Of a DNA stretch of 64,000 bases, positions 25,806-38,350 are shown piece after piece. A program made the translations under genes and the position numbers. The notes beneath the pieces were generated by a model. It saw only the letters and a list, made by a program, of their open reading frames with translations. It had not been told where the DNA came from and did not search any database. Each line of letters opens with the position of its first letter. Within the stretch, counting starts at the first letter, position 1. Location: positions 62,001 through 126,000 of the forward strand of contig LVLI01000294.1 in assembly GCA_001687465.1 (NCBI GenBank). Direction: 5' to 3'. This stretch comes from Halocafeteria seosinensis (Eukaryota).

Positions 25806-28800
25806 TCAGACATTCAGAAGACTATGCCAGTTTTGTGCCACTTCATCTTCGTCTGAATCCCAAGACTCTAACACGTACTCCATCACGTCATCACCTACAC
25901 AGGTTCGCTCAGCAACATAGTCTGTTGTACGTTCGAAGGAGCCAGCACTAGATTTCTTTAAGCGCCCTATCCTGGAGGAACTTTTTTCTTTAGCAGTTAA
26001 CTGCTCAACAGGAAAGCCGAAGCCGGTTACTTGAATTTTGTCGAACGTCATTTTGACGGGATCAAATAAACATCCCAATTGTCCCTGGACATCGGACTTC
26101 TCCAGTTGTTCCCTAATATCGCGTGAATCACCCATCGAGAATGACTCATTCAGTAGGAATGGAATACAATTCAAGCCTTGCTGGCTTCCTACATCGCTTG
26201 TCAATGTCTTAGATAGCTGAACCTGGTCGATTCCAGGTAGCCATTTCGACCGGGCTCCTTCGGCATCGCAATTTTCCATTTCAGTACAAACATTGCTCGC
26301 TTCGTGAGTACGGGTATCTAAGGATTGTTCAGAACGTTTGTCGTACAGCCCCTCTAGAGCTTGAGCTGCTATCGCTTCCCGTTGTTCGATGCTACGCTGT
26401 TGTTTGTGCCGTTGTTTTGCTCTCAGCTCTTCTGCAAACAGTGCTACAGCATCTATAAAGCGAGGATACTCTCTCGCACGCTTCGAGTTCCTTCTAGGTG
26501 GGACGCCTGACAGTAAGTCCACATAATTTAAGTCATTGGGGCAACAGTCACGCCCGGAGCAGTACACCGTTAGGTGCGATTTCATCTCCCTTATGGATGG
26601 CGCCCTGGAAGTTAAATAGCTGTTCATATTCGCTTGCCGGAAAGACCGGAGTTCACCTTCATCTTCCAAGCTCTGCAAGTGATCCTTCACAATATCTTCG
26701 TGAATATGGTGGCCAAATTTTTGTCTAAGTAAAGAAGTGATGGTAAATACTGTGTGAGGGATTCTCAAAAGCCGCAGAATGTGGGAAGACAAAGGTCTCA
26801 AGGTTGTCTGGGATAGAGAATTCATTTTCTGCATGAATGCGGTTTCCGATTCAGAATTACGGTTTCCAAATGGGGATGCCTCGGAGCAGATGCGCTCAAT
26901 TAATGTTCTGCCGAGACCGTTGTTCGAATGAGGGAGCGATGTTAATTCCAACATAGAGAGGTTCAATTGGTTCCTTCCCATGAGAGACTCACTCCTTGCA
27001 ATAGGTGTATCTTCCCAACATGCCATGTAGATCTTTGCATTCCTTTCCTCTTCTGCATTGTCGGAAGACAAGTTAGATATTACCCGATTCCAGGAAAACT
27101 GCTTAGTAAACACCGTCCCATGCTTCTTTTGGATAGTAGCTGTTACTGCTTGCGACTGCGACGAACGGGTATCTACCAGATCTCCACCGAGAGAATTTCC
27201 TCCCGGCACTGCCCAATAAGTGGTACCAGTAGGCGGCAAACAGTCACCATGCTTTTGGGAAGTGTATAAAAACTCCACGGCAAGTGCTACAGGAATTAAC
27301 GTGATGCATTGGCTCACGCTGTTAACGTCCTTGAAGAGCAAATTGTGATATCGGAATTCTCCCAAAATATCACGCGGGATGGATCGGAGAGACTTCTTCA
27401 GTGGCGAAGACAAGCTGTCTCTGAGTCGTACGAGGAGGCTATGTCTGTTGCCCATAGCAGCAAACGCTTTTCCAACGCCCCTCTCGACAGTCTCTGCCCT
27501 CCTCCTGGAGAGACCTCCAGAGTTGTGGCCACGTATTGCCCCGGGCAATATATGCTCTATATGTGTCTCAATGCGGTGGATTAACGAAACCCAATGCCGA
27601 AACATTGATGGAATATCATCGTCAGTAATTCGTGAAGCAAAATGAAAACGAACAAAGCCCGTTAAGTCCTCATACCGAAAGGCCTTTCCGATAAGATAAA
27701 ACGCTAACCGGAAAAGGAAACTGACCTGTTGGCATAACGAAGGACAAATCAGTCCTACCAGCCCGGAGGCCTCCTCCCTTGTTTCCTGAGTCACGACGTA
27801 GATAACGCTCAGTAACCCATTGGTAACTGTGTGGTCCAGTTGTAAAAGCCGCTGTATCTCTAAGACATCAACACCATGCATGTGATACAACTCATCAGTT
27901 TCAAACTCGCATTCCAGTTCCGACGAATCGAGGGCGGCTCTAATGCTGCTATGGCATAGCAGAAAGCTCAAACACTGTGAGAGATAGCCTATGGTATCTC
28001 GGATTGCATTCTGAAGGATCGGTACCAAGTGCCTGGCCAAACGAACGCAGCGGCGGTTGAATTGTGAGATAGCGAATTTCGGGACGTCATGCAATTGAAC
28101 AAATAGGCTAGTCAACGATGGCTGTTCGGACGACGGATGCAGCAACGAACCAGAGTCGAGTACAGACAATGATTTTGCCAATACTTGAGAAATTGAAGGA
28201 AACACACCAAGACACGGTCGTGTTAAATAACCAGTCATACCTCGCACTAGCTGCGTGAATTCCATTTCTTCCACCAAAAACGACGATACAGCTGAATGTA
28301 ACTTGTCTCGGCAAACCTTCGATGACAGGAAGCAACTATCACCCAAGTTGTCGCACCATGAATCTTTCAATTTCCGAGCCCAAGGATCTTCCATGGTGCC
28401 ACTCAATTCAGGGTCCACAGTGTCTCGAGCTGGCAAAAGAACATTGGCTTCCTCTAATGTGTTGCTCTCAGTTTCATCCATGCGCCAGAACGTTTTCACG
28501 ACTGTCGGCACGTTGACTTTTCTTGCGAATGACAACAGTGGGACGTGGTATAACTTTAGATGACTGTACTCTTCTGTACGCAGCAGCGCATACAACCGGG
28601 GAAGCGTTCGATGAAGAAACCCATCAATTTTAGCGCCAATTTCATCCTGATGCTCTGCACCTTCATTGAGTACCACGGATGCAGCCTTCCCCAGGACGAG
28701 TTGCCCGCGTCCGCAACATAAAGCATTCCATGTACCAAGGGGATACTGCGTGTAGCTGTTTTTCGCGCTCCGCGCATCTGTTTTGGAAGCTGCTTTCTTG

Positions 28801-31166
28801 GTGAGACATTGAAGCAACTCATATATTGACGCCAATGACGCTCCTCTGGCTACGCCTCTATCCATACAGACTTCGCACAATTCCTGAAGCGTCCCACCAC
28901 ATGTCCTCGCAATGTTCCAAGAATACTGCGTCTCTCTCAACCCCTTTAGAGTGACGGAGATGTCAGCGTCGCGTGGGGACACGAACTCTTCCGAAGCGTT
29001 GAACCAATGGCGAAACGTCGAGACGCGATTCGAGGGCGTCTTTGGGGTTCGTTGCGCCGTCCTCCGTTTTCTACTGCTTGGATGCATACTCCAATCCTCA
29101 AAATGCTCTTTCGCCGCCGCACGTTGCAAGAGAACGGATATATCTCCACTAGTCACTTCAGTGAATGGGTCAGCGGTATTTGTTTCGGTGAAGTTGTTAG
29201 CCATCAGAGTGCTACTGCTTCCTAACACAACGTGCACTCGTGGCTCGCCCTTGGCAAGCAAAAGAGAGGAACCAACGACTTTACCATAGTTCCCACAGAG
29301 GCACCTAGACGTAGAAAGGTAGCCTACAAAGTGAGCCGGCTCAGTACGTAATGATCTAGCCTTGTCGGCACGTCGACTACTAGTCGCACGCTGCCTGAGA
29401 AATGGCATACCATCATTGTGGACACCTTGATTTGCACACAATATGGCTTGTGACAGCGAGCTAGGGGGCACCGTGCCCTCGGGTAATCCGAATTGTGTTC
29501 CATGTGACTCCGAAAAGCTACACTCTAAGGTTCCTGTAGACTCGTGTTGAGATTGTCCTCGCCCGACAAAGAATTCGCCAAGTATCGAGTATCCCATATT
29601 CGATGTCACAACGAAGCCACAAAGCAGTCCCCCTGGACTAAGCTGGTTACTTGGTATATTCCAAATCGTAGTTAGGGTTAACAGTCCGGAGCGTAGTGAA
29701 TGCCTCCGCTCATCATGGACCCTTCCAACCGGCACACCGTGCTGGTTCAGCCCAAGAAAAGCTTTGTTCGGGTATGTCATTAGAAGTATCCTTTCTGACG
29801 TGACAACCAAACTTATAGGTTCGCTGTACGAACAGAAGGTAACACATGAACACAACAGTTCGGAGGAAGGAATCGAGTACATTTCCTTTTCGCCCATTCC
29901 CAAAAAGGAGTTACACGTGAACAAGCAACTCTCACGGAACTCCCATGTTGCATCCGTACAGCCCTCCCCCGTCTTCCTAGAGACTGAAACACAGTATAGT
30001 CCATGCGGAAACACAACCAGAAAAGACATGGGCCAGGGCGAACAGAAGAGAGTCCAGCTATTGCCCAGATAGCTTTCATGGCCCAGAAAATCGTTCAACT
30101 TCCCGAGGGATGAAAGACATGACTGTCCTGGCGAAAGTCTTTGTTTCGGCCAATGGTTCTCGTAGTGTAGCACCGTTCCATCGAAGCAGCCAATGAAGAA
30201 CCCAATGGCCTTGTAGAGGAATATCTCATCAGCAGTCAATGTCCCTCCATAAGGCACAGCTCGTGCTGAGCGACTCCAGCAGAGACAACAGGGCATGCCA
30301 TGAATGCACTTCGAAAAGTCCAAGACATCGTACAGGTCAAGCTTTAGTGGTGGAACGACTGAATCCTCCTGCGTTCCTTTGTCGAGTTTTAAACGAACAA
30401 TATAGATTGCACCGTGTGTCCTTATCAACATCGCTTCACTGTGGCTCGCTTCTAACCGGCTACGAGATCCCAGAATCTCGAGGATGGGCGTATCCAGTCT
30501 TATGCATCTCTGTGGGATCAGCTCTTTCACCTTTTTGTCATTTTTCATAGTTTCTCTACTGCGAAGAACTTTGAGGTGGTCCAAGTGTTTACCTCCGGGA
30601 AGGAATATTAGTTCCCTACTTCCATATCCGGGAAGCGTAACGATAGCCATCCTTTGTTTGTTATCGTTGTAGTTACTCCGTGCCTCGATTTCCCTCTTTT
30701 GTCGGTCTTGACGTACGACCGAGAAAAGAGAGTTGAAAGGAATGTACTGTCCACCTGCCAATTCTCTCGCACTACATGTCCGTACCGCATCTTGTTCAGC
30801 GAAGTCCCATTCCGCCTCGCACCAATTCTGAGTCTTGTCCCAAGGGGAGTCCGCGCTTTGCCCGCCCTGGGAGGACCAAATACGAGCCTCAACATCCGTG
30901 AAAACTTGGTAGGGTTGTCCAAGAGACGGTAGGCGGTGCCGGCTGTTCGTATCTGTCCCTTGCGTAGGTTGATCTTCGTCTCCGAAACTACTTCCGCGGG
31001 ACGAAGATCTTCTTCGCCGTGGGCGCCCTTCCTTGCCGAAGTGCTCCTGGGAGAGATTGTGCCATAGTTGTTGAGGCATAGGACAGTCGACACCGCCGCT
31101 TCCATGACCTTCGACATGGTCAAAATCATGTTGAACCCCTTGTGGCAAGTAAGGAAATTTCATCAC
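25806..31166 (-). CDS. 1786-aa single-exon protein; N-terminal part resembles TAF1C/Rrn6 beta-propeller
   Basis: Uninterrupted 5.36-kb ORF; segment LIFLPGGKHLDHLKV...CIRLDTPILEI...AMLIRTHGAIYIVRL recalls TAF1C/Rrn6 motifs. The ORF is secure, the family call is tentative. Confidence 0.6.
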   Translation of the reverse strand: MMKFPYLPQGVQHDFDHVEGHGSGGVDCPMPQQLWHNLSQEHFGKEGRPRRRRSSSRGSSFGDEDQPTQGTDTNSRHRLPSLGQPYQVFTDVEARIWSSQGGQSADSPWDKTQNWCEAEWDFAEQDAVRTCSARELAGGQYIPFNSLFSVVRQDRQKREIEARSNYNDNKQRMAIVTLPGYGSRELIFLPGGKHLDHLKVLRSRETMKNDKKVKELIPQRCIRLDTPILEILGSRSRLEASHSEAMLIRTHGAIYIVRLKLDKGTQEDSVVPPLKLDLYDVLDFSKCIHGMPCCLCWSRSARAVPYGGTLTADEIFLYKAIGFFIGCFDGTVLHYENHWPKQRLSPGQSCLSSLGKLNDFLGHESYLGNSWTLFCSPWPMSFLVVFPHGLYCVSVSRKTGEGCTDATWEFRESCLFTCNSFLGMGEKEMYSIPSSELLCSCVTFCSYSEPISLVVTSERILLMTYPNKAFLGLNQHGVPVGRVHDERRHSLRSGLLTLTTIWNIPSNQLSPGGLLCGFVVTSNMGYSILGEFFVGRGQSQHESTGTLECSFSESHGTQFGLPEGTVPPSSLSQAILCANQGVHNDGMPFLRQRATSSRRADKARSLRTEPAHFVGYLSTSRCLCGNYGKVVGSSLLLAKGEPRVHVVLGSSSTLMANNFTETNTADPFTEVTSGDISVLLQRAAAKEHFEDWSMHPSSRKRRTAQRTPKTPSNRVSTFRHWFNASEEFVSPRDADISVTLKGLRETQYSWNIARTCGGTLQELCEVCMDRGVARGASLASIYELLQCLTKKAASKTDARSAKNSYTQYPLGTWNALCCGRGQLVLGKAASVVLNEGAEHQDEIGAKIDGFLHRTLPRLYALLRTEEYSHLKLYHVPLLSFARKVNVPTVVKTFWRMDETESNTLEEANVLLPARDTVDPELSGTMEDPWARKLKDSWCDNLGDSCFLSSKVCRDKLHSAVSSFLVEEMEFTQLVRGMTGYLTRPCLGVFPSISQVLAKSLSVLDSGSLLHPSSEQPSLTSLFVQLHDVPKFAISQFNRRCVRLARHLVPILQNAIRDTIGYLSQCLSFLLCHSSIRAALDSSELECEFETDELYHMHGVDVLEIQRLLQLDHTVTNGLLSVIYVVTQETREEASGLVGLICPSLCQQVSFLFRLAFYLIGKAFRYEDLTGFVRFHFASRITDDDIPSMFRHWVSLIHRIETHIEHILPGAIRGHNSGGLSRRRAETVERGVGKAFAAMGNRHSLLVRLRDSLSSPLKKSLRSIPRDILGEFRYHNLLFKDVNSVSQCITLIPVALAVEFLYTSQKHGDCLPPTGTTYWAVPGGNSLGGDLVDTRSSQSQAVTATIQKKHGTVFTKQFSWNRVISNLSSDNAEEERNAKIYMACWEDTPIARSESLMGRNQLNLSMLELTSLPHSNNGLGRTLIERICSEASPFGNRNSESETAFMQKMNSLSQTTLRPLSSHILRLLRIPHTVFTITSLLRQKFGHHIHEDIVKDHLQSLEDEGELRSFRQANMNSYLTSRAPSIREMKSHLTVYCSGRDCCPNDLNYVDLLSGVPPRRNSKRAREYPRFIDAVALFAEELRAKQRHKQQRSIEQREAIAAQALEGLYDKRSEQSLDTRTHEASNVCTEMENCDAEGARSKWLPGIDQVQLSKTLTSDVGSQQGLNCIPFLLNESFSMGDSRDIREQLEKSDVQGQLGCLFDPVKMTFDKIQVTGFGFPVEQLTAKEKSSSRIGRLKKSSAGSFERTTDYVAERTCVGDDVMEYVLESWDSDEDEVAQNWHSLLNV

Positions 31167-31434
31167 TCAATGAAAGCCACTGTGTTGTCTTCCATACTCT
31201 GCATATGTCGTTTGGTGAATCCCCCTGCGTTCACACATGCATGCATATGCAAGCGAAACAAAAATACATTAAATTAACTCAATTTTTCACTAACAAACTT
31301 TTGAAATTTTCATCATCTACACAGGTATCCTACAGTATGTAAGAGTCTGTCGCGTACTTCAACTTCCCCAGGAAAGTCAGTCCGCGTGGTCTACGTTGTC
31401 TTGTTCAGAGCTGTGTGAGCCGCCGTCACCCGAT

Positions 31435-32163
31435 ATGGCCCAAGTCAGTTGCGTCAGTGAAGCAGCCTCCGCATGCATGCGGACGGATAGGGAGGATGGA
31501 GCTACCCTCCCTAAAGCCAGCCCGGCAAAGAAAAGGAAAGCACTCACATTGGTGCTGTTAGTGACGGAGGGCGGGAACAAGGTCCTGCTGGGAATGAAGA
31601 AGCGAGGCTTCGGAGAGGGAAGATGGAATGGCTTTGGAGGCAAAGTAGAACAAGGGGAAAGCATAGAGCAAGCTGCCGCCAGAGAGCTAGAAGAGGAAGC
31701 AAACATAAGGGCGAAACACTTGGAGAAGTGTGGCCTCATGGAATTTGAATTTCAAAATGATTCGACTATCCTCCAAGTACATATGTTCAAAGCAACAGAA
31801 TTCGAAGGAGATATTCGAGAAAGGTAAGGACCCGCGATTTCGTGTCCCTTGTGGCATGAACGCTAAAGTCGACCTGAGCGCGTCTCTTACTTGGATATGC
31901 GGTATTTGAAAGTACAGTGAAGAGATGAAGCCGCAGTGGTTTTCAAAAGAAGAAATCCCTTTCGATTTGATGTGGCCTGATGATCGATATTGGTATGAAG
32001 GGGATTCGCATCATTGAAAAGCCTGTTCGTACGTATCCTCAGAGTCCTTTCTCCTTTCAGGTTTCCGTGGATGTTAAATGACCAGAAGTTCGAGGCCTTC
32101 TTTTTGTTCAAAGACCATGATACTATCATCGATTTTTCAATGAACGAGGTGGAAAATTTATAA
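31435..32163 (+). CDS. NUDT1: oxidised purine nucleoside triphosphatase MTH1 (Nudix), 3 exons
   Basis: LTLVLL...[39 protein letters not shown]; spliced SEEMKPQWF...[21 protein letters not shown] 32161-32163. Confidence 0.95.
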
Positions 32164-32992
32164 CAATGATTTATCATACTGTTGTATGTCTTCAAGTCTG
32201 TTGAGTCCCTCGGGAATCAACATACTCCCTTTCTACCAGGTGAGCCTACAGATAAAAGGTCACCCAAACGGATCTTGAGAGCTCGTCCAGAAACACTACG
32301 ATAAATAAACAAAGTCATGATGCGGGTACGCACGGTACGCCAGGGGTTTGTTAGAGTTTTCACGCCGATAAGTAGGATTATGGGTCAAATTTCTGAAGGT
32401 TTCCGAATCTATGCCTAGCCCTAGCTCCCACGTGTTGGTACGGCATGCATGTTTGATTTCCGATTGCAGCCTGCCAGCTTCCAGAAGGCTAGTTTGAGGA
32501 ACCTCTTACCATGGTGGAATTTGCCTGCGTCCTGCGTGCTTTTTACAATGCTACCACTCTGGTACTTCCAATTGCACATGGACTGGTGGACTTTGGTGGT
32601 GGTCACAGAGTCGTTGTCATTGCCGCACGAAGTGTGGTATTGCCCTGAATCGACCCACCCCAACGGCTTTGAGCAATAAACTATAATAGGATAGATTTAA
32701 TCATCAATCGCATTCGTCATATTTTGCAGGTACGTATTGCTATTGGACATAGCAATACAACCAAGGGCCATGAAACGCAAATGGCACCGGTTGCGACCGA
32801 AGGAGATGGTCGCAACCCTGAGAGCGATTGCTTTGATGGACCATATAAGCCACTATATGATAGAAAGCGTCCATCTGTTTACATTGATGCCTTATGTGTA
32901 ATTATCTCCACCGACAAGGAAGACCTGTCCATGTTCCCGTCGTGTCGTGTGCAGTCGATAAATGTTAACGACTTTTTGCTGCGAGTGAGGCG

Positions 32993-35900
32993 ATGGATGC
33001 TTCTCAAGAAACAGACACGCTTTCCAGTATTTCCACCATGTCTTCCCTAAATCACGAGGAAGGTGTTCCTCCCTTTGGCTTCTACGGACAATACAGGGAG
33101 AAATACGGCGAGGTTTTACCTTATTCAACAGGTTCCTCCTCCAACGAAGACACCCCACAACGACGATCCTCTGCACGAGATAGAAGACGGAAGAAGCACC
33201 ACCATGATCATCACGTCCGAGCTCGTCCTGCTTCAGCATCGCCTCCTCGAAGGCGAGCAGTGACGCCACCCGCTAAGGAACGAGCCAGCGACGCTCAGCG
33301 GTCGAGTTCCTCGCTCCCGAAGCGCTCTGACGTCGAAGAGCGGTATTGGGCGCATAGGAGGCAAGCGACGGGTAAGTGCTACCGCGACAACAGAGGTGGG
33401 GGTAGACAAATTTACTCTGCGTGGATAGCTTGTTCTTGTTCCTTCCAGAAAATATAACGAACGTCAATCAGCGCATCACTGCTGCTCGGCAAAGACTGAT
33501 TTCGCAAATGAAACGACTTGACGGATGCTCCGAGAACTTGAAGAGCGATAATTCTCAATTGCAACGACTCAAATATGCCCAGGAGTCTCAGCCCAAAGAA
33601 AAAGATGAAAGGAAACATATTCACATGGATTGGCGTGATCCCGGTTGGCGCAATTTCAATGCTGCCTTCTCGAATGAAACAACCCACCACCACCCCCGTT
33701 GGCAACCACCCGCCAATGATCAGGATGACGACTCAAGATATGCTGCTCTTCAAGAAAAGATTTCAAAAGATATGAAAAAGGGGAAAAGACTATTAGCAAA
33801 CGCGAAGAAACGAAACCCGAAGACCAAGAGAAGTACGGATAAGGACCGGAAGCCGAAACGACGACATAGCCCGAACGCCCGTGACAATTCGGCTACTTGC
33901 AGTAGTACTGCTAGAAAAGTAGAAGAGACAAGACCGGCTGCCCCAGCAAAGTATTCAGGAGGTGTAGTTCCAAACACTTCTCAAACAGAGATGACAGATA
34001 TCTCTGGACTCTTCCAAGAATCCCAGGTGCTCAGCATCACTATCCCCTCAGATGACACGGTTACCCCAAAGTTAAAGAAAATGAAGGACACGATAAAAAG
34101 AAAAACAGAACAAGTTAGCTGGCTTCAAAAAGAGCTAGAGTCAAGAGATAAGGAGATATCTAATGTGCGGAACCGTAACGAAACGCTGGAGCAGGACTAC
34201 GCATCTGCTAAAGACAATTATTACAAACTGCAGGAGCAATTGAGCGAAGCGAAAGCGAATTCTAGTCTCCTAGAGAGTAAACTCCAATGGGTCCAAGAGC
34301 AAAACAGTACTCTCAAAGGAGAACTAGAGACCTCCCGTCAATCAAGGGAGGAAATTGAAAGACTTGCTGAGCAATCAGTAAGAAGAAAATATGAACGCGA
34401 GCAAGAGCAGTGGGAGAAAAGAGTGGAAGAAGTCCGCAATCAACTAACAAAATACTATGAAGAGCAGCTAGAACTATTGCGAAACGAGCTGGAAGCAAAA
34501 CGCAATGTCTCCATCGCCGAACCCGAGAAAAATCAGGAGCAGTCACGTAATCGGCAGTTTCTTGAGGAACGAGTCCAGGAACTGTCTGACAAGGTCACAC
34601 GGTTACAGACAGAAAAAGATAGTGAGTGCCGACGAGCCAATCAAGAACATGAAAGAATGACTAGTTTGTATACAGACATACAAGAAAAAGGCGAAGAAGT
34701 TCAGAAACTAAAGACCGAGATTAACGCACTGCACGAGCAGATAGAGCGGAAACGAGCTTCCATGCAAAGTGTGCAGCATCAATTGCTGGTAACCCAGCAA
34801 GAGCTAGACGACGCCAAAAGCGAAAATTGGAGGTTACAAGAGATGAACAAGGAGCGCATACGAAAGAAAGAAGTGGATGGAATGCTAGTTGGTGTCTGCT
34901 ATAAACTCAGGCACCTACAAAAAGATTTTGAGCAGTTTTTCGAACATAGTTTATGGAGACTTAGCTCTTTGGACGACAGGCACACTAAAAATACAGACAA
35001 AGTTATCAAGTGCAGGAGGCGGTTGCAGGAGTGGCGTCACAGAGTACATCGCAAACACTCAGAAAAACTTGAAGAAGGTAAATTGATGCATCAACGTAAG
35101 CTCGATGAAGCAATGGAGGAGAAGCAGCACAAGCAAAAATTGTTCGAGGATGAAATTGAGTCTTATAAGAAATCCTTGAGCGAATTGAGGAGTTCCCATG
35201 CCGCAGTTCAACGAGAAAAAGAAGCCTGTAAGAGGGAAATTGATTCACTTCAGTACGAACTCAACAGCAAGCGAGATCAGCTTGAACACTACAAGGAAGA
35301 AAACGGGGAGCTTCGGAAGAACCTACAACAACAAGAAGTAGATTTTGAAAGAGAGTCCTCAAAGCTCCAGGAAAAGTCGCATAAAATTTCTGTTCTTGAG
35401 GAACAGCTACAAAATGAAACTGAAAAAGCTGACAGACTTCAAGCTGAGCTACGCACTGCACAAACCAACCTGGTCGAGGAGAAGCACAGCCGTGAGGAAC
35501 TTGAGAACAATCTGGAGAAAAAGAGAACTGAGAGCGAAGAATTGCAACGTCAATTCAACTCGTGTCAACGGACTTCAGAGCAGGCCCGCGAGACCTCAAG
35601 GCGGTCTCAAGAAGAACTCGCTGAGGCACTTCGTAGCCATCAAGAGGAAGTAGCTTCGTTAATGAATCTCATTAACACCCAACGCAAGGAACTCACACAC
35701 CTACGTAGTAGCGTATCATCCCCAGGGCGAGATCACTTCTCCCAGCAATACAGAACTACTCAGTCTACGACGGCGACATTCTTAACCTCTGAAGAGGAAA
35801 CCCCATGCGAGCAGTCAGCTGACGCTGGTGCTGTCCACCACGTTGCCCCTTCCACGCAAACTGTCAGTAGTGAAGAAGAGCATTCCATGCTGCCAAAGGG

Positions 35901-38259
35901 CACTAGCGAGACGAAACCCAACACCGCAAGGTGGGAATCTCGGGGGGAAAATGTTGGGTCGGTCGTTCCTGGCTCCAGTGTGTCGCAACAGTCTCAAGAC
36001 ACGAGTTTCGAAGGTAGTAGTTCAACAAGCCAATTGCTTACTACTGCAGCGGCGGGTGCTGTGCCCTCTGTATCAGCTCTCACACGCGAATCCACAGTGG
36101 AACCAGTCTATCCTACCCGTGAAGGTTCCCCTGGGAAGAGGGTGACATACTCAGAAGCAAACGCAGTTACTTCCACCTCAGGGAATCAGAAGGGAGAGCC
36201 AACTTATGGTAAACAGCAAGATGCTATTACCAATGCTGCACATACCGGGGATGACTTAACGGAACTGCACAATGAACCAGACACAGAAACAACTACCATC
36301 GCCACCGCAGTGGGTGAATCGGGTGCCAATGCCAGTGCGACCCCTACCCTTAAACAAGATGCTGTTTCTGAGAGCAAGGAGGAAGGAAGCGATTGGGATG
36401 AAGAAAGCAACTGGGATGAGTCAGAAGATGCAGTTGCTACTTCCCACCCTCAATCTGTAGCGCACCATGCGACGGACATGTCATTTCGTTCGTCCGAAAG
36501 AAGTGACTGGGACGGGCAGGAACAGGTGGCACGTAACGATGACGACTTCTATAATTCCACGGCCGAAACGTCGCCTGACGACGAATGCGTGGACGAAAAT
36601 GAAAAAACAGATGTAAGTTAGCTGTACATCGTCCGTTCATTTATGCTACTCTTTGCTGCAGTAACTTGTGTTGTTCAGGAGCAGGTTCGCCCGTCATCAG
36701 CGGCTAAAACGACTCAGAGTAATGAAGCCTCCATGGGAAGCACAACCGACCATGCTCCAGTAAGTATTTACTGTAAAAAAAATAAAAAAAATCACTTCTT
36801 CAAGTAATACCGGATTTCGTTTCGTCCTCGCTCGCAGACCCAGAAGAAAGCCCCTCAATTGGAGCCTACGTTATCTGTGGATAGTGCCACCATGTTAGGA
36901 TTGAATGAAGACAACACCACATCCGCAGCAAATCGACCGCCAAGAGAATACAGATCAACAACGGCTGCAAACGACCACAGAGACGTAGAATCAGATTCGG
37001 AATCGATTGAATCCATTCCTGAAATTTCCTTAGAGACGGATGAAGAAGTTAAGGAACGTAACGACGAAGCGCCAGCTTTCCAAGAGCGAGAGGGTGAGCA
37101 AAGCCAGAGTTTCGAAAGGGGTGAACAGACTCCAAGGTCTACTTCATACCCTGAAACAACATCCAAAACTACTTCTGCGTCGTCGCAGCACCGACAGCAC
37201 CGTCCTTCTGTTGAGGACAAGGGCGACGCTTCCGAGTCGCAAGCACGAACATCCGAGACTGGAAGTTGGGCGACTACGCGGCGAGTTAGTCATAGTGGCG
37301 AGGATAGCGGTATCTCTTCCCATTTGACGTCTCGCGATCATCCCAGAACACCGTCACAATCAAATTACGAAATGGCCGTGGAAAGAATTACATCATTACC
37401 AGCAGAAGACATTGAGAACCTGTGTCGCATGAAACCGGTATCGGACTCTATTGCGGTAGTCGCTGGGGCTGTCTGCATACTGGTGGGTAAAAAGCCTTCC
37501 TGGAAGAACGCAACCATGTTTCTTAAAGACGAAAACTTTAGAGCTAAGTTCAAGAATGCTAATCCCCTGGATATCAGTGAAAAGAATGCAAACGTTATCA
37601 AGAATCTCGTAGACCAAAAAGACCTCCGCAACTATCGACCTACAATTTCAGAAGATACTCACAACCCAGCAGAAATTGCTCTCCTTGATTGGTCCCTTTG
37701 TTTAGTTGATGATGTGCTTTCCAATAAGGCAAGTGATAGCTACAATTATCTCGAACAATGGAAAGCACCTGTGGACAACCATTCCGAAAGCGGGGATCAG
37801 GAGAATGCTTCAAGTAAGGGACATACTTCGATGACTGCTATTAGACAGCCTCATACCCACTCCTCGTCGGAGCAAAAATCCGAAAATAAGTTGAAAACAT
37901 TCAAGGAGAAGGCGCGAAAGGGCGTCCAAGTTTACAAATTTGGGCGGCTCTGGATGAGCCCAAAACCGCGTACGTTAACGTACGACGATTCTGAAGCCGG
38001 ACAAAGACTGTTTTGGAAAGACCCGAATAGCCCTAGGGCCTCTGACAGCTCAATTCGACTCCTTAATATCACTCAGGTGGAAAGAGGAGGTGAATCTAGC
38101 ATAGTTGACAAGTATGCAAAGAAGAGAGATCGTCCTCGTTGTCTCGGTATACAAACGACTTCTCGCGACTTAGCTTTCCAATTCGAAAGTGAGGAGGAAC
38201 GCAACTGGTTCGCCGAAGGGCTCAATTTATTGCTGAGAGAGGCGATGAGACGTAGGTAA
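32993..38259 (+). CDS. very long coiled-coil protein with C-terminal dynein-MTBD-like domain and PH domain (multi-exon)
   Basis: ORFs 32993, 33421-36621 and 36859-38259 joined through GT-AG introns (near 33371, 36613, 36760); several hundred residues of heptads; IAVVAGAVCILVGKKPSWKNATMFLKD.NF; terminal PH (KGVQVYKFG...LFWK...LAFQFESEEERNWFAEGL). Confidence 0.75.
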
Positions 38260-38350
38260 CGCATTCGCAATCGCACGCATGCCTAACCATCACAAAGATT
38301 AATGGATCAAGGATCAGCGCCCATTAAAGTTAGCGGACGTGAGATCTCGT

